This document shows, one piece after another, positions 53,110-64,000 of a stretch of 64,000 bases of DNA. The stretch spans positions 7,582 to 71,581 of the forward strand of contig DAOROA010000010.1 of assembly GCA_035441325.1 (NCBI GenBank), in the 5' to 3' direction. A program made the translations under genes and the position numbers. Numbering within the stretch: the stretch's first letter is position 1; every line of letters starts with the position of its first letter. The notes beneath the pieces are model-generated. The model saw nothing but the letters and a program-made list of their open reading frames with translations. It made no database searches and was not told the origin of the DNA. This stretch comes from Candidatus Competibacter sp. GTDB lineage: Bacteria > Pseudomonadota > Gammaproteobacteria > Competibacterales > Competibacteraceae.

Positions 53110-54651
53110 ATGAGCAAGGCTCTTCTAAAATCCACCGGCATCGTTAGCGCCATGACGTCGATGTCCCGCGTCACCGGCTTCGTCCGGGACATGGTGTACG
53201 CGCAGATGTTCGGGGCCGGAGCCGGCACCGATGCATTCTTCGTGGCCTTCCGCATTCCCAACTTTCTGCGCCGACTGTTCGCCGAAGGCGCCTTTTCGCA
53301 AGCTTTTGTGCCGGTATTTTCGGAATACCAGACCCAGCGTTCCCGCGAGGAGCTGCAAGTGCTGGTGAACCAGGTCGCCGGTACACTTGGCGCGATCTTG
53401 CTGCTGATCACGGCCATCGGAGTGCTGGCTGCACCGGTGTTGATCCTGCTGTTCGCGCCCGGTTTCACGGCCGACGCCGGCAAATACGAGCTGACGGTGG
53501 AGATGCTGCGCATCACGTTTCCCTACCTGCTGTTCATCTCTTTGACCGCCTTCGCTGGAGGCGTGTTGAACAGTTGCGGCAAATTCGCGATTCCCGCCAT
53601 CACGCCGGTACTGCTGAATTTCACCATGATCGCCGCCGCACTGTGGCTTGCCCCTCGGATGGAACGGCCGGTGGTGGGACTAGCCTGGGGGGTATTCATC
53701 GCCGGAATCGTTCAATTGGGCTTTCAAATTCCGTTTTTGCGGGAGGTCAAACTCTTGCCGCGCCCACGTTGGGCTTGGGCATCGCAGGGAGTGCAACAAG
53801 TGCTGAGGCTGATGCTTCCGGCCATCTTCGGCTCCTCAGTGGCGCAAGTCAATTTGTTGATCGATACCTTACTCGCGTCGTTTCTGGTTTCGGGCAGCGT
53901 CAGTTGGCTGTATTACTCCGACCGGCTGGTGGAATTTCCGCTCGGCATTTTTGGCGTCGCGCTCGGGACGGTGATTCTACCCAAGCTATCCCGCCAGCAT
54001 GCCAGCGCGGAGACGGACGGTTTCTCGCAAACGCTAGATTGGGCGTTGCGCTGGGCGCTGCTGATTGGCGTTCCGGCAACGGTAGCGCTCATCATCCTCT
54101 CGGGTCCGATCTTATCGGCGCTATTCCAGTACGGCGAATTCGACGCCCGCGATGTGCTGATGTCCACTCGCAGCTTGATGGCGTTTTCCCTCGGTTTGGT
54201 CGCCTTCATGTTGATCAAGGTGCTGGCGCCCGGCTTCTACGCCCGCAAGGATACCCGTAGCCCGGTCAAATATGGCGTCATCGCGATGGTCGCTAACACC
54301 GCGATGGTCTTGGTCCTGATTTGGCCGTTGGCCCATGCCGGATTGGCGCTGGCCACTTCGCTGGCCGCTTTTCTCAATGCCGGACTGCTGTTTTTCAACC
54401 TCAAGCGGCGCGAGATTTATCGGCCGCATACTGGCTGGCCGAAGTTCTTGGCGCAATTGACCGCTGCCAACCTAGTCATGGGACTGGTGCTGTGGTTCGG
54501 TGCCGGCGATTTCGAAAGCTGGATTCACGCCAGCGCCAAAGTACGCTTGTGGCACCTGAGCTGGCTGATCGCGGCTGGCGGGGGTAGTTATCTGCTGGCG
54601 GTGCTGGCGGTGGGCATCCGGCCGCGACATTTGGTCTTGCGACGGGGCTGA
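53110..54651 (+). CDS. murJ: lipid II flippase MurJ (MviN)
   Basis: MSKALLKSTGIVSAMTSMSRVTGFVRDMVYAQMFGAGAGTDAFFVAFRIPNFLRRLFAEGAFSQAFVPV... is a canonical MurJ sequence with about 14 TM helices. Confidence 0.95.
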   Translation: MSKALLKSTGIVSAMTSMSRVTGFVRDMVYAQMFGAGAGTDAFFVAFRIPNFLRRLFAEGAFSQAFVPVFSEYQTQRSREELQVLVNQVAGTLGAILLLITAIGVLAAPVLILLFAPGFTADAGKYELTVEMLRITFPYLLFISLTAFAGGVLNSCGKFAIPAITPVLLNFTMIAAALWLAPRMERPVVGLAWGVFIAGIVQLGFQIPFLREVKLLPRPRWAWASQGVQQVLRLMLPAIFGSSVAQVNLLIDTLLASFLVSGSVSWLYYSDRLVEFPLGIFGVALGTVILPKLSRQHASAETDGFSQTLDWALRWALLIGVPATVALIILSGPILSALFQYGEFDARDVLMSTRSLMAFSLGLVAFMLIKVLAPGFYARKDTRSPVKYGVIAMVANTAMVLVLIWPLAHAGLALATSLAAFLNAGLLFFNLKRREIYRPHTGWPKFLAQLTAANLVMGLVLWFGAGDFESWIHASAKVRLWHLSWLIAAGGGSYLLAVLAVGIRPRHLVLRRG

Positions 54652-54741
54652 AAGCGGCGGCGACTCCGTTGCAAATCCCGACAACCTCGCTCGGAATTCG
54701 GTTATATTCGCGCGCTGTATTCCCAGTTTCGAGGACGACCG

Positions 54742-56202
54742 ATGCGGATCCTGCTCGTCAAGCCCCAAGCCCACCTTAAAACCGTGCTCGGTCTCCAACG
54801 CTTCCAATGCCTGGAACCGCTGGAATTCGGCTATCTGGCTGCCGCGATCCCGTCCGAACACGAAGTGCGAGTGCTCGACCTGCGGCTGTACCGGTTCGCC
54901 GAATCCGCGTTCGAGCGCGAACTGGCGCGCTTCCAGCCCGATTTGGTGGGCTTCACCGCCTACAGCCACGAATCGGGGCGCATGAAGCGGCTGGCGGGAA
55001 CGGTGCGCCGCCTGCTGCCAAAAACGCGGATCGTGGTCGGCGGCCACCATGCCACCGTAGCACCGGGCGATTGCAACATCCCGGACATCGACTACATCGT
55101 GCGCGGCGAGGGTTGCGCGCCGTTCCGCGCCCTGGTGGCAGCGTTGGACAAAGGGGAAGAACCCGATGGCGTCGCCAATCTGCTGTTCACCGGCGACCGC
55201 TTCGACGAACCGGCATCGAAAATATGGCCTCGCTATCCCGATCCGCGCACCATTCCCACTCCGCGCCGTGATCTGTGGGACAGCCGGTCCTACTACTGCG
55301 TCTGGGTCTGCGAAAATCCGCGCGACTGGCAAGTGCTGTTTCCGCGCGTGGCGATGGCGCGCACCTCCTACGGCTGCAAGATGACCTGTTCGTTCTGCAT
55401 CGTGCCGTTCCTGAGCGGCACCACTCACATGCCGCGCTTAGCGGACGTGGTGGCCGATGATTTATCCCGGATCGAGGTCGATCACGTCTACTTCGCCGAC
55501 GACGAGAATTTCATCGACGAGCAATACGGTTTCGAACTGGCCGACGCTATAGAGAAGCGCGGCATCAAGAAACGCTATTTCGCCTGGGCGCGGGCCACTA
55601 CCATCCTGCGCTACCCGGAACTGATGCGCCGCTGGAAGGAAATCGGCCTGGACGGCGTGTTCGTCGGCTTCGAGTTCACCACCAACCAGGAACTGAAAGC
55701 GGTGCGCAAGGGCGGTACCGTTTCGCACAACGAGCGCGCCCATGAAACCCTGCGCCGCTTGGGCATCGCTTGCCACGCCGCGTTCATGGTCCGCCCCGAA
55801 TACGGTCATGCCGAATTCGACCATCTGCGCAACTACGTCAACGCCCTGCCGCCGGTGCAGTGTAGCTTCACCGTCTGCACCCCCTCCCCCGGCACCGCCG
55901 ATTACGAAGCGGCCCGGCCTTCGTTCTGGGCCGGTGATGCCTACGATCTACACGACTGCATGCACCCGCTGACGCCGACGACATTGCCCTTGCGCGAATT
56001 CAGCGAGCTGTTCGCCCGCCAGGTGCGCGAAGCGGCCCGGCGCAACCCGCTACGGATCGAACGCCATCCGATTCGCCCCTGGGAGCTAGCGCGGGTGATC
56101 GCCGCCGAACGGCGCTACGATCAGGCATTTCGGGAATTGTATCGGGATTTTCCGCGCGAATTGTGGGACTGGCCGGGGAAAAATACCGCATTGTCCGCCT
56201 GA
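54742..56202 (+). CDS. B12-binding-domain radical SAM enzyme (class B, methyltransferase-like)
   Basis: N-terminal Rossmann-like cobalamin domain (MRILLVKP...LDLRL...DLVGFTAY...VVGGHHAT). Radical SAM cluster motif YGCKMTCSFCIVP (C-x3-C-x2-C). GAGGA SD 6 nt upstream. Confidence 0.85.
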   Translation: MRILLVKPQAHLKTVLGLQRFQCLEPLEFGYLAAAIPSEHEVRVLDLRLYRFAESAFERELARFQPDLVGFTAYSHESGRMKRLAGTVRRLLPKTRIVVGGHHATVAPGDCNIPDIDYIVRGEGCAPFRALVAALDKGEEPDGVANLLFTGDRFDEPASKIWPRYPDPRTIPTPRRDLWDSRSYYCVWVCENPRDWQVLFPRVAMARTSYGCKMTCSFCIVPFLSGTTHMPRLADVVADDLSRIEVDHVYFADDENFIDEQYGFELADAIEKRGIKKRYFAWARATTILRYPELMRRWKEIGLDGVFVGFEFTTNQELKAVRKGGTVSHNERAHETLRRLGIACHAAFMVRPEYGHAEFDHLRNYVNALPPVQCSFTVCTPSPGTADYEAARPSFWAGDAYDLHDCMHPLTPTTLPLREFSELFARQVREAARRNPLRIERHPIRPWELARVIAAERRYDQAFRELYRDFPRELWDWPGKNTALSA

Positions 56203-56265
56203 CGGATCGGACGAAATGGCGAAAAGGACGCGAGGAGGATCGGGAAAAGAGCGGCCGTCGATATA

Positions 56266-56293
56266 TTAAGAATCCGGCGATTGTCCCTATAAT
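56266..56293 (+). promoter_or_regulatory. candidate sigma70 promoter for ribF-ileS-lspA-ispH
   Basis: TTAAGA (56266-56271), a 16-nt spacer, then a perfect TATAAT (56288-56293), 45 nt upstream of the ribF ATG. Confidence 0.35.
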
Positions 56294-56337
56294 GCCGATT
56301 TCCGCGCGCAACCCGACCCAACGACCCGACCACCAGC

Positions 56338-57309
56338 ATGGAATTGATTCGCGGCCAACACAACCTACGGCCCCGCCACCGGGATTGCGTCGCTACCATC
56401 GGCAATTTCGACGGGGTGCATCTGGGCCATCAGACCATTCTCGCGCAATTGACCGAACAAGCCGCGCGATTACGCTTGCCGCGACTGGTCATCACTTTCG
56501 AGCCGCAACCGCAGGAATTCTTTGCTGGCCCCACGGCACCGCCAGCCCGGTTGATGCGCTTGCGGGAAAAATTGCAGGCACTGGACGGCTTGGGCATAGA
56601 AAAAGCGCTGTGCCTGGAATTCGATCAGCGGCTAGCGGCCATGCCGGCGCAGACCTTCATCGAAACCCTGTTGGTCGAACACTTGGGCATCCGCTATCTG
56701 GTGGTCGGTGACGATTTTCGCTTCGGCCATCGCCGCGCCGGTGATTTCGCCATGTTGGTCGCTGCCGGACAGCGTTACGGTTTCGAGGTCGCGGACAATC
56801 ACAGCTACATCCTGGACGGCGAACGAGTGAGCAGCACTCGCATCCGCCAGGCGCTCAGCCGCGGCGATCTGGAACTGGCGGCGCGGCTGTTGGGTCGACC
56901 TTACGATATGTGCGGACGGGTGGCGCACGGCGACCGGCGCGGGCGCACCATCGGCTTTCCGACCGCCAACATCCACTTACACCGCCGTGTCACCCCGGTT
57001 TATGGCGTGTACGCCGTGCTGATGAGCGGTCCCGAACTACGCCCCTGGCCCGGCATCGCCAACGTGGGATGCCGCCCCACCGTGCAAGGCACCCGCGAGC
57101 AACTGGAGGTCCACTTGCTCGACTATCGCGGCGATTTGTACGGCCGGCACGTCAAGGTCGATTTCCTGCGCTATCTCCGCCCGGAACAGCGATTCGAATC
57201 CCTGGATGCGCTGCGCCAGCAAATCCAACGGGATGAACAAGCCGCCCGGGCCTATTTCTCCGCGCGAGGCATCATCTACTCTCTCCCGTCCAGCGCAAGA
57301 GAGAGTTAA
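56338..57309 (+). CDS. ribF: bifunctional riboflavin kinase / FAD synthetase
   Basis: VATIGNFDGVHLGHQ...VITFEPQPQEFF...GFPTANI...LEVHLLDY... is a canonical RibF sequence. Confidence 0.95.
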   Translation: MELIRGQHNLRPRHRDCVATIGNFDGVHLGHQTILAQLTEQAARLRLPRLVITFEPQPQEFFAGPTAPPARLMRLREKLQALDGLGIEKALCLEFDQRLAAMPAQTFIETLLVEHLGIRYLVVGDDFRFGHRRAGDFAMLVAAGQRYGFEVADNHSYILDGERVSSTRIRQALSRGDLELAARLLGRPYDMCGRVAHGDRRGRTIGFPTANIHLHRRVTPVYGVYAVLMSGPELRPWPGIANVGCRPTVQGTREQLEVHLLDYRGDLYGRHVKVDFLRYLRPEQRFESLDALRQQIQRDEQAARAYFSARGIIYSLPSSARES

Positions 57310-57357
57310 GGGTACGGGAACATTTTGCCCGCGTCCGAAGCACCAAGAGGTTTTACC

Positions 57358-60192
57358 GTGGCCGATTACAAAGACACTCTCAATCTTCCCCAGACTGCCT
57401 TCCCCATGAAGGCCGATCTCGCCAAGCGAGAGCCGGATTTGCTGCGCTATTGGCGGGAGCTGGATCTGTACCGGCGCCAGCGCGCCGAGTTCGCCGGTCG
57501 CTCGAAATTCGTGCTGCACGACGGTCCACCCTATGCCAACGGCACCATTCACATCGGTCACGCCGTCAACAAGGTACTCAAGGATATCATCGTCAAATCG
57601 CGGACCTTGAGCGGCTTCGACGCGCCCTACGTACCCGGCTGGGATTGCCACGGCTTGCCCATCGAACAGGTAGTGGAAAAGAAGCTGGGCAAAGTTGGAG
57701 TCAAGGTGGATGCACGCGAATTCCGCGCTGCCTGCCGCACCTTCGCCGCCGAACAAGTCGCCAGCCAAAGCGCCGATTTCCAGCGCCTGGGCGTGCTGGG
57801 CGACTGGGAGCAACCCTATCTGACCATGGATTTCCGCGCCGAAGCCGACATCGTGCGTTCGCTGGCGCGGATCGTCGTCAACGGCCACCTGTATCGCGGC
57901 TCCAAACCGGTGTACTGGTGTATCGATTGCGGCTCGGCGCTGGCCGAAGCAGAGGTCGAATACGAGGATCGCGATTCGCCGGCCATCGACGTGCGCTTTC
58001 CGGTAGCGAACCCCGAAGCGCTGCTGGCCCGCTGCCGCCACGTCGAGGGCCACGAAGGCAAAGGACCCTTATCCGTGGTCATCTGGACCACCACGCCGTG
58101 GACTCTGCCCGCCAATCGAGCGGTAGCGGTGAATCCGGGTTTCGAATACGTCGTGGTGCAGGTCGAAACCGGCCAAGGCCAAGAGCGCCTGCTGGTCGCC
58201 GAACCGCTGCTCAAGGACTCGCTGGCCCGCTGGCGAATCGACGATTACCGGGTGCTGGCCTATGGGACGGGGGCTGATCTGGAAGGCTTAGCGCTGCGCC
58301 ATCCGTTTTACGACCGAGAGGTGCCAATCATTCTCGGCGATCACGTCACCACCGAAGCTGGCACCGGGCTGGTGCATACCGCGCCCGCGCACGGCCAGGA
58401 AGACTACGTGGTCGGCTCCCGCTACGGTTTGCCGGTGGACAATCCGGTGGGACCGGACGGCAAATTCTTGCCCGATATTCCGCTGTTCGCCGGCTTGCAC
58501 GTTTTCGCCGCCAACGACCGGGTCATCGACGTGCTCAAGACTCACGGCATGTTGCTGCGGGTCGCTCGCCTCAAGCACAGCTACCCGCACTGCTGGCGAC
58601 ATAAAACCCCGATCATCTTCCGCGCCACCCCGCAGTGGTTCATCGGCATGGAGCACCACGGCTTGCGCGCCCGTGCCTTGAGCGAAATCAAAAAATTGCG
58701 CTTCACCCCAGACTGGGGCGAGGCGCGGCTGCAAGGCATGGTGGAAAATCGCCCTGACTGGTGCGTTTCCCGGCAGCGGTACTGGGGTGTGCCGATCACT
58801 CTATTTACCCACAAGAAAACCGGGGAACTGCACCCGAACATGCTGGAATTGATGGAACGAGCGGCGCAACGCATCGAGCAAGGTGGCATCGACGCCTGGT
58901 TCGAGCTCGATCCGGCGGAACTGCTGGGCGCGGATGCGGCGGATTACGACAAGATCAAGGACACGCTGGACGTGTGGTTCGATTCCGGCACGACCCATCT
59001 GTCGGTGTTGGAGCGGCGTCCCGAACTGCATTTTCCCGCCGAACTGTACCTGGAAGGCTCCGACCAGCATCGCGGCTGGTTCCAGTCCTCGCTGCTGGCC
59101 TCGGTGGCGATGCGCGGCGTCGCGCCCTACAAGGGACTGTTGACCCACGGCTTCACCGTGGATGCCCAAGGCCGCAAGATGTCGAAATCGCTGGGCAACG
59201 TGGTCGCACCGCAAAAGGTGGTCAACTCGCTGGGCGCCGACGTGTTACGGCTGTGGGTGGCAGCGACCGACTATCGCGGCGAGATGGGCGTCTCCGACGA
59301 GATACTCAAGCGCATGGCCGATTCCTACCGGCGGATGCGCAACACCGCCCGCTTCCTGCTGGCTAACCTCAACGGCTTTGATCCGGCTCAGCATTTAGTG
59401 CCGCCGGAACGGATGCTGGCACTGGACCGCTGGGCGGTAGACCGCGCCTGCCGTTTGCAGGAAGAAATCCTGGAAGCTTACGACCAATACCTGTTCCACC
59501 TGATCTACCAGAAGATCCACAACTTCTGCTCGGTGGATATGGGCAGCCTGTATCTGGACATCATCAAGGATCGCCAATACACCACCCCGCGCGACAGCGT
59601 CGCCCGCCGCTCGGCGCAGACCGCGATGTATCACATCCTGGAAGCGATGACCCGCTGGCTGGCGCCGGTTTTGAGCTTCACCGCCGAGGAAATCTGGCGC
59701 AACGCGCCGGGCGAGCGCGGCCCGTCGGTATTCCTCGCGACCTGGTACAACGGACTGTTCGCGGCCGGCGACAACGACCCGTTTGGCGCAACCTACTGGG
59801 AACGGTTGCTCGGCGTTCGCGAAGCGATCAGCAAGGAACTCGAAAAGCTTCGGGTAGCCGGCGGTATCGGTTCCGGGCTGGACGCCGAAGTGGATTTGTA
59901 TTGCGATGGCGCGCTAGCGGCCGACTTGGGCAAGCTGGCCGACGAATTGCGCTTCTTCCTGATCACTTCCTATGCCCGGCTGCACCCCCTGGCAGCGAAA
60001 CCGGCGGAAGCGGTCGAGGTCCAAATCAACGGGCAACCGCTGGCGATTCGAGTTTCGCCTAGCGCCCATGCCAAATGCGTGCGCTGCTGGCATCACCGCG
60101 AGGATGTGGGCCAGCATTCCGAGCACCCCGAACTGTGCGGGCGGTGCGTGGAAAACGTTGCCGGCAGCGGCGAAATCCGGCGTTACGCCTAA
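57358..60192 (+). CDS. ileS: isoleucine--tRNA ligase
   Basis: ORF 57325..60192. The conserved N-terminus (V)[25 protein letters not shown] begins at the GTG at 57358, with AAGAGG upstream. HIGH ([11 protein letters not shown]), KMSKS, and the C-terminal zinc knuckle CVRCWH...CGRC are present. Confidence 0.95.
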   Translation: MADYKDTLNLPQTAFPMKADLAKREPDLLRYWRELDLYRRQRAEFAGRSKFVLHDGPPYANGTIHIGHAVNKVLKDIIVKSRTLSGFDAPYVPGWDCHGLPIEQVVEKKLGKVGVKVDAREFRAACRTFAAEQVASQSADFQRLGVLGDWEQPYLTMDFRAEADIVRSLARIVVNGHLYRGSKPVYWCIDCGSALAEAEVEYEDRDSPAIDVRFPVANPEALLARCRHVEGHEGKGPLSVVIWTTTPWTLPANRAVAVNPGFEYVVVQVETGQGQERLLVAEPLLKDSLARWRIDDYRVLAYGTGADLEGLALRHPFYDREVPIILGDHVTTEAGTGLVHTAPAHGQEDYVVGSRYGLPVDNPVGPDGKFLPDIPLFAGLHVFAANDRVIDVLKTHGMLLRVARLKHSYPHCWRHKTPIIFRATPQWFIGMEHHGLRARALSEIKKLRFTPDWGEARLQGMVENRPDWCVSRQRYWGVPITLFTHKKTGELHPNMLELMERAAQRIEQGGIDAWFELDPAELLGADAADYDKIKDTLDVWFDSGTTHLSVLERRPELHFPAELYLEGSDQHRGWFQSSLLASVAMRGVAPYKGLLTHGFTVDAQGRKMSKSLGNVVAPQKVVNSLGADVLRLWVAATDYRGEMGVSDEILKRMADSYRRMRNTARFLLANLNGFDPAQHLVPPERMLALDRWAVDRACRLQEEILEAYDQYLFHLIYQKIHNFCSVDMGSLYLDIIKDRQYTTPRDSVARRSAQTAMYHILEAMTRWLAPVLSFTAEEIWRNAPGERGPSVFLATWYNGLFAAGDNDPFGATYWERLLGVREAISKELEKLRVAGGIGSGLDAEVDLYCDGALAADLGKLADELRFFLITSYARLHPLAAKPAEAVEVQINGQPLAIRVSPSAHAKCVRCWHHREDVGQHSEHPELCGRCVENVAGSGEIRRYA

Positions 60193-60662
60193 TGGCTACG
60201 CCCAAGTGGTGCTGGTGGTTGAGCGGAACGGTCGTGGCGCTCGATCAGGCTACCAAACACCTTGCCGAAACGCTGCTGGCGATGCACCAACCGGTACCGG
60301 TGCTGCCGTCGTTCAACCTGACGCTGACGTATAACACCGGCGCAGCGTTCAGCTTTCTCGCCGGTGCCGACGGTTGGCAACGCTGGTTTTTTCTGGGCTT
60401 GGGCACGGCGGTCAGCATCGGCCTGATCGCCTGGCTGTGGCGGCTCAAACCGGGGGATAGCTGGCTGGCGGCGGCGCTAGCGCTGATTTTGGCCGGTGCG
60501 GTCGGTAATCTGATCGACCGTGCCTGGCTCGGACAGGTGATCGATTTTATCCAGGTTTATTACGACCGCTGGTATTTCCCGGTTTTCAACATCGCGGATA
60601 TTTCCATCAATATCGGCGCGGCGCTGCTAGTGGTGGATAGTTTGCTGCGGAGAAACGCATGA
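60192..60662 (+). CDS. lspA: lipoprotein signal peptidase II
   Basis: ORF trimmed to the ATG at 60192 (TAATG overlap with the ileS stop). NTGAAFSFL and VIDFI...[11 protein letters not shown] blocks are present. Confidence 0.9.
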   Translation: MATPKWCWWLSGTVVALDQATKHLAETLLAMHQPVPVLPSFNLTLTYNTGAAFSFLAGADGWQRWFFLGLGTAVSIGLIAWLWRLKPGDSWLAAALALILAGAVGNLIDRAWLGQVIDFIQVYYDRWYFPVFNIADISINIGAALLVVDSLLRRNA

Positions 60663-61597
60663 GCGCCCACATTCATCTCGCCAATCCGCGCGGCTTTTGC
60701 GCCGGGGTGGACCGGGCCATCGGTATCGTCGAACGGGCGCTGGATCTGTTCGGTGCGCCGATCTACGTGCGCCACGAAGTGGTACACAACCGATTCGTGG
60801 TCGATAACCTGCGCCAGCGGGGAGCAGTATTCGTCGAGGAACTGGACGAAGTGCCGGACGACGCGACGGTGATCTTCAGCGCTCACGGCGTATCCCGGAC
60901 AGTGCGAGAGCAGGCGGAACAACGCGGCCTCAAGGTATTCGACGCTACCTGCCCGCTGGTGACAAAGGTGCACATGGAAGTCAGTCGCCATGCTCGCGCC
61001 GGCCACGATGTGATCCTGATCGGCCACGCTGGCCATCCCGAAGTCGAAGGCACTATGGGCCAATACGACGAGGGCCAGGGTGGACGGATGTACTTGGTGG
61101 AAACGGTCGAGGACGTTTTGGCGCTGGCGGTATACGATCCCGCCGGGCTGGCTTACGTCACCCAAACCACTCTATCGGTAGACGACACGGCTCGGATCGT
61201 CGCCGCCTTGCGCGAGCGATTCCCGGCCATTCAAGGACCGCGTAAGGACGACATCTGCTATGCCACCCAGAACCGGCAGGATGCCGTCAAGGAGTTATCG
61301 GGGCGCTGCGAACTGCTGCTGGTGGTCGGTTCGCGCAGCAGTTCCAATTCCAACCGGCTGCGGGAACTGGCGGAGAAAGAAGGGACGCCGGCCTATCTGA
61401 TCGATGGACCGGCGGATATCGACTCTGCTTGGCTAGCAGGCAAAACCGCTATCGGCGTCACCGCCGGCGCTTCGGCGCCCGAAGTGCTGGTGCAACAGGT
61501 GATCGACCGCTTACGCGAACTGGGTGCCGCCACGGTCGCGGAAAGCGCCGGGCGGGAGGAAAACGTGGTGTTCTCGTTGCCGAAAGAGTTGCGGTAA
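60659..61597 (+). CDS. ispH: 4-hydroxy-3-methylbut-2-enyl diphosphate reductase
   Basis: [21 protein letters not shown]...SAHGVS...[10 protein letters not shown]... is a canonical IspH/LytB sequence. ATGA overlap with lspA. Confidence 0.95.
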   Translation: MSAHIHLANPRGFCAGVDRAIGIVERALDLFGAPIYVRHEVVHNRFVVDNLRQRGAVFVEELDEVPDDATVIFSAHGVSRTVREQAEQRGLKVFDATCPLVTKVHMEVSRHARAGHDVILIGHAGHPEVEGTMGQYDEGQGGRMYLVETVEDVLALAVYDPAGLAYVTQTTLSVDDTARIVAALRERFPAIQGPRKDDICYATQNRQDAVKELSGRCELLLVVGSRSSSNSNRLRELAEKEGTPAYLIDGPADIDSAWLAGKTAIGVTAGASAPEVLVQQVIDRLRELGAATVAESAGREENVVFSLPKELR

Positions 61598-61647
61598 CTC
61601 GCCGCTTCTGAGCACAACGTCCACCCTATCCGAACCAGCGATCAAAT

Positions 61648-61679
61648 CGAGGGCCGCAACCGCAACTTTACGGCCCTCG
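61648..61679. terminator. hairpin between convergent ispH and pilE (possible bidirectional terminator)
   Basis: A 9-bp stem CGAGGGCCG (61648-61656) / CGGCCCTCG (61671-61679) with a 14-nt loop. There is no clear U-tract on either side. Confidence 0.3.
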
Positions 61680-61690
61680 CTATTCGCCGG

Positions 61691-62194
61691 CTACCAGCAC
61701 CGCGCAGCGGCATCCCTGTCGGCAGCGGCGGCGCTGTTCGTACATTTAGTACCGCCTAAAATACATTTCACTCCAGTATTGTTCAGGGTCAGATTGCCGC
61801 AAATCGTATCGCTGACTTGCGGCCCCACCCGCGTGGCCGTGAGAGTAAAGGTATTCGGCTGGGGCGCAGCCACCGCAATCGTGTAGTAACCACCGGGCGG
61901 TCCTCCTTCCTTGGGAGACTGGGTGAACGGCAACGCCACCGCCACGCCTGCCCGCGTTTGGTCATACCGGTTATTTTCTGTGTAGAACCGCTCCATCCAT
62001 TGCGCCAGTTCCAACAGCACGGCTTCGGCATCCGCCCGGCGCGACTTGCGCACGCTGTCCTGATAGGTCGGATAAGCGATCGCGGCCAAGATGCCGATGA
62101 TCGCCAATACGATCATCAGTTCGATCAGGGTATAGCCGCCCCGCTTGCCGACGTTTTGCCATCTTGCGATTTGACTGTTATCGACATCCATCAT
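61691..62194 (-). CDS. pilE: type IV pilus minor pilin PilE-like
   Basis: ...[62 protein letters not shown] is a class III signal with Glu at +5 and a PilE-type N-terminal helix. ATGA overlap with the pilY1 stop. Confidence 0.85.
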   Translation of the reverse strand: MMDVDNSQIARWQNVGKRGGYTLIELMIVLAIIGILAAIAYPTYQDSVRKSRRADAEAVLLELAQWMERFYTENNRYDQTRAGVAVALPFTQSPKEGGPPGGYYTIAVAAPQPNTFTLTATRVGPQVSDTICGNLTLNNTGVKCILGGTKCTNSAAAADRDAAARCW

Positions 62195-64000
62195 TGGAAC
62201 TCCACTTGCCGCCAGGATTGCCGGCCAATCTCGCTATCGACAATGGGCAAATCCACCACCCCGCCTTCGGAAGTACTGACGTAAATCATCGTCTTCTTCA
62301 AGTCAGGAGCCTTCATTGCGGTGGGCGCCGAAGCGATGCTATCGATTTGCGCGCTGCTGGGCGCAAATCCGGTGGAGGTTTCGGTGACGGGCACGGTCGA
62401 GTTATTCACGCCCAGGAAGCTTGTGGACAACCGCTTGCCGGTCACGGCATCGAGAATGTTTACCCAACTGGTACCTCCAAACTTGCAGGGATCGGGATCG
62501 GGCAAGATGCTGGTGAAAATCACCCGGCTACCGACGACCAAGGGATCGCCGGGCACTCGCTCGCCCGCTTCCTTCAAGTCGAGATACCAACCGCGCTGCT
62601 GATCCTTTGGCAAACCGGTCACCGAATCGGTGCCGCACTGCTTGTCCGCCGGCAAAGCGCCGTATTCCACGCAATTGGCGCTGGTGATCCGGAAAGTCTT
62701 GCCATCCACGGTAATGCTTCCCGTCGAGGTAACGGTACCCGACGTGCCGGCAAATTGGCAAGTCGGATCGACCGGATTACCCGGACAGAAAACCTGCGCT
62801 TGCAAGTTTGCACGGTTGAAACAGGCGGTCGTGACAACACCGAAGGCAACGCCGACACACGAACCGGCATCCATGTCGTCCCATATCCCATAGAACGTTT
62901 GCCGGCTGGTGCTGCTTACATCGGTCGCACCCAGATACTTGCCCGTACCGAACAAGACCATGTAGGTAAACTCCTCCAGCCGCGTGCTCGAATCGGTGTT
63001 CGCGTTCAATTTTGGATGCCGCGTGACCTGCGGAGCCGCCGTAATGGGCTGCACGTTGTTGCTGGCGTCTTTGGCGGTGAACAGCTTAGCGTAAGTCCAG
63101 TTATTGGGATTCGGATTCCGAATATCGAACCGCCACAAATTACCCGTCAGATCGCCCGCATAGATGAAATCGGCGATCCCGTCCCCGTCGCCGTCGACGA
63201 CGCTGGGCGTGGACAACCCCAGCCCTTCGCGCAGGTCGATCTTTCTGATGATGCTACCGTTTTCGACGTTGACCACGAACAGAACGGCAGTCGTAGTGGG
63301 CGTAGCGGGAACGGTAACCGGTTTGTTGGGATTGTTGCTGTTGTAACCGTTGCCAAAGACGGCAACCCAAGGATTGTTGTCGAGATTGGTATCGTGGTCG
63401 CTCCGCCGCACCAGCGAGGGTTGGCTGAAGGTCAATCCTAGATCGGGATCTTTGAATTCCCACAGCACTACGCTGTCGGCGTTGGCTTCGGTCAGCGACC
63501 CGGGATCGGTGACGTTGCCGTTACTATCGACCGTGCCCGCTTCGGTCACGTCCAGGGCGAAATAGCTGAGTCCTCCCGCCCGCAAACCACCGACCAACAC
63601 CGTATGCCAACTCTCGTCGCTAAATTGCACGTCGAGCGCGGTCGGCGAGGCGTCCACGTAAAACTGATGCTGCTGAGCGTAGCTCAACTGGGTCAGTGCG
63701 TTCAGCTTCGGATACAGTTCGCTCGGGACATACGCGAACACCTCCTTGCCGGTATTGGCATCGAAACCGTGCAACATGCCATCGTTGGCGCCGACATACA
63801 CCATGGGGCGGCGATTGAGGCGCGCATCGGCAAAAGTTTGATAGTTGCCAAAAGGATAGCCCGCATCGGGAGGACCAACGTAGAACGGATTGGAATTGAC
63901 GATGTCGCCGAGCGTGTTGCGAATGACCTGATTGGTATCCTCGTCGACATCGATGCGCTTACGGAATTGATCTTCGTTGCTGGCATCGCCACGAAGATAG
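62191..64000 (-). CDS. pilY1: type IV pilus tip adhesin/biogenesis factor PilY1 (PilC family), C-terminal ~600 aa (5' end beyond the right window edge)
   Basis: The track lists 62191..63804, but the same frame stays open to position 64000 (...[65 protein letters not shown]). This is the PilY1 beta-propeller signature. An EF-hand-like DGDGDGIAD site lies at 63169-63195. Confidence 0.85.
   Translation of the reverse strand, partial: YLRGDASNEDQFRKRIDVDEDTNQVIRNTLGDIVNSNPFYVGPPDAGYPFGNYQTFADARLNRRPMVYVGANDGMLHGFDANTGKEVFAYVPSELYPKLNALTQLSYAQQHQFYVDASPTALDVQFSDESWHTVLVGGLRAGGLSYFALDVTEAGTVDSNGNVTDPGSLTEANADSVVLWEFKDPDLGLTFSQPSLVRRSDHDTNLDNNPWVAVFGNGYNSNNPNKPVTVPATPTTTAVLFVVNVENGSIIRKIDLREGLGLSTPSVVDGDGDGIADFIYAGDLTGNLWRFDIRNPNPNNWTYAKLFTAKDASNNVQPITAAPQVTRHPKLNANTDSSTRLEEFTYMVLFGTGKYLGATDVSSTSRQTFYGIWDDMDAGSCVGVAFGVVTTACFNRANLQAQVFCPGNPVDPTCQFAGTSGTVTSTGSITVDGKTFRITSANCVEYGALPADKQCGTDSVTGLPKDQQRGWYLDLKEAGERVPGDPLVVGSRVIFTSILPDPDPCKFGGTSWVNILDAVTGKRLSTSFLGVNNSTVPVTETSTGFAPSSAQIDSIASAPTAMKAPDLKKTMIYVSTSEGGVVDLPIVDSEIGRQSWRQVEFQ

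Noticed and set aside
54472-55428. 318-aa minus-strand ORF
   Set aside because: It lies antisense to the radical SAM gene (which has its C-x3-C-x2-C motif and SD) and to the end of murJ.
57037-58053. 338-aa minus-strand ORF
   Set aside because: It lies antisense to ileS, which has HIGH, KMSKS and a zinc knuckle. The ORF itself has no motifs.
62164-63441. 425-aa plus-strand ORF
   Set aside because: It lies antisense to pilY1. The composition is Arg/Gly-rich, and the PilY1 signature is on the minus strand.

Overview
This is a GC-rich chromosomal segment. Sampled 60-nt lines are about 62-68% GC, with clear lower-GC islands. Gene order looks gammaproteobacterial: the right 11 kb (rpsT-murJ-ribF-ileS-lspA-ispH-pilE-pilY1) is collinear with the Pseudomonas aeruginosa PA4563-PA4554 region. 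I called about 55 protein genes. I saw no rRNA, tRNA, CRISPR array, IS element or integrase by eye.

From left to right the window contains:
- A glycogen pair (glgA fragment and a GH13 enzyme) and a bfd-like ferredoxin.
- A ~17-kb polysaccharide/O-antigen-type locus (2.9-19.8 kb). It holds many GT2/GT4 glycosyltransferases, a Dpm1-like GT2 with a DUF2304-like protein and large membrane proteins, a PIG-L deacetylase, a GNAT, an SDR epimerase and a Wzm/Wzt ABC exporter.
- Two lower-GC genes for secreted proteins of unknown function (19.9-23.0 kb).
- A tight 16-gene minus-strand array, rfbA-rfbC-rfbD-gspEFGHIJKLM-(XpsN-like gspC)-gspD-(TPR/GT41 OGT-like). It is preceded on the same strand by galU, ackA and glmS.
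- An accessory module (42.9-51.9 kb): a 2038-aa Ig-repeat/beta-helix surface protein, three tandem phage tail-collar (MdpB/COG4675) paralogs, a Tat-signal small-domain protein with a cytoplasmic paralog, and a GNAT.
- A decayed nuclease-like pseudogene, followed by the housekeeping block with a B12-radical-SAM gene inserted between murJ and ribF.

The best candidates for something undescribed are:
- The giant-protein/tail-collar-triplet operon.
- A coiled-coil plus SWR[LI]TxP[LV]R C-terminal tag shared by three different sugar-modifying enzymes.
- The physical fusion of dTDP-rhamnose genes, a type II secretion system (T2SS) and an O-GlcNAc-transferase-like protein into one array.

All functional calls rest on motif recognition by eye. 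No database search was run.
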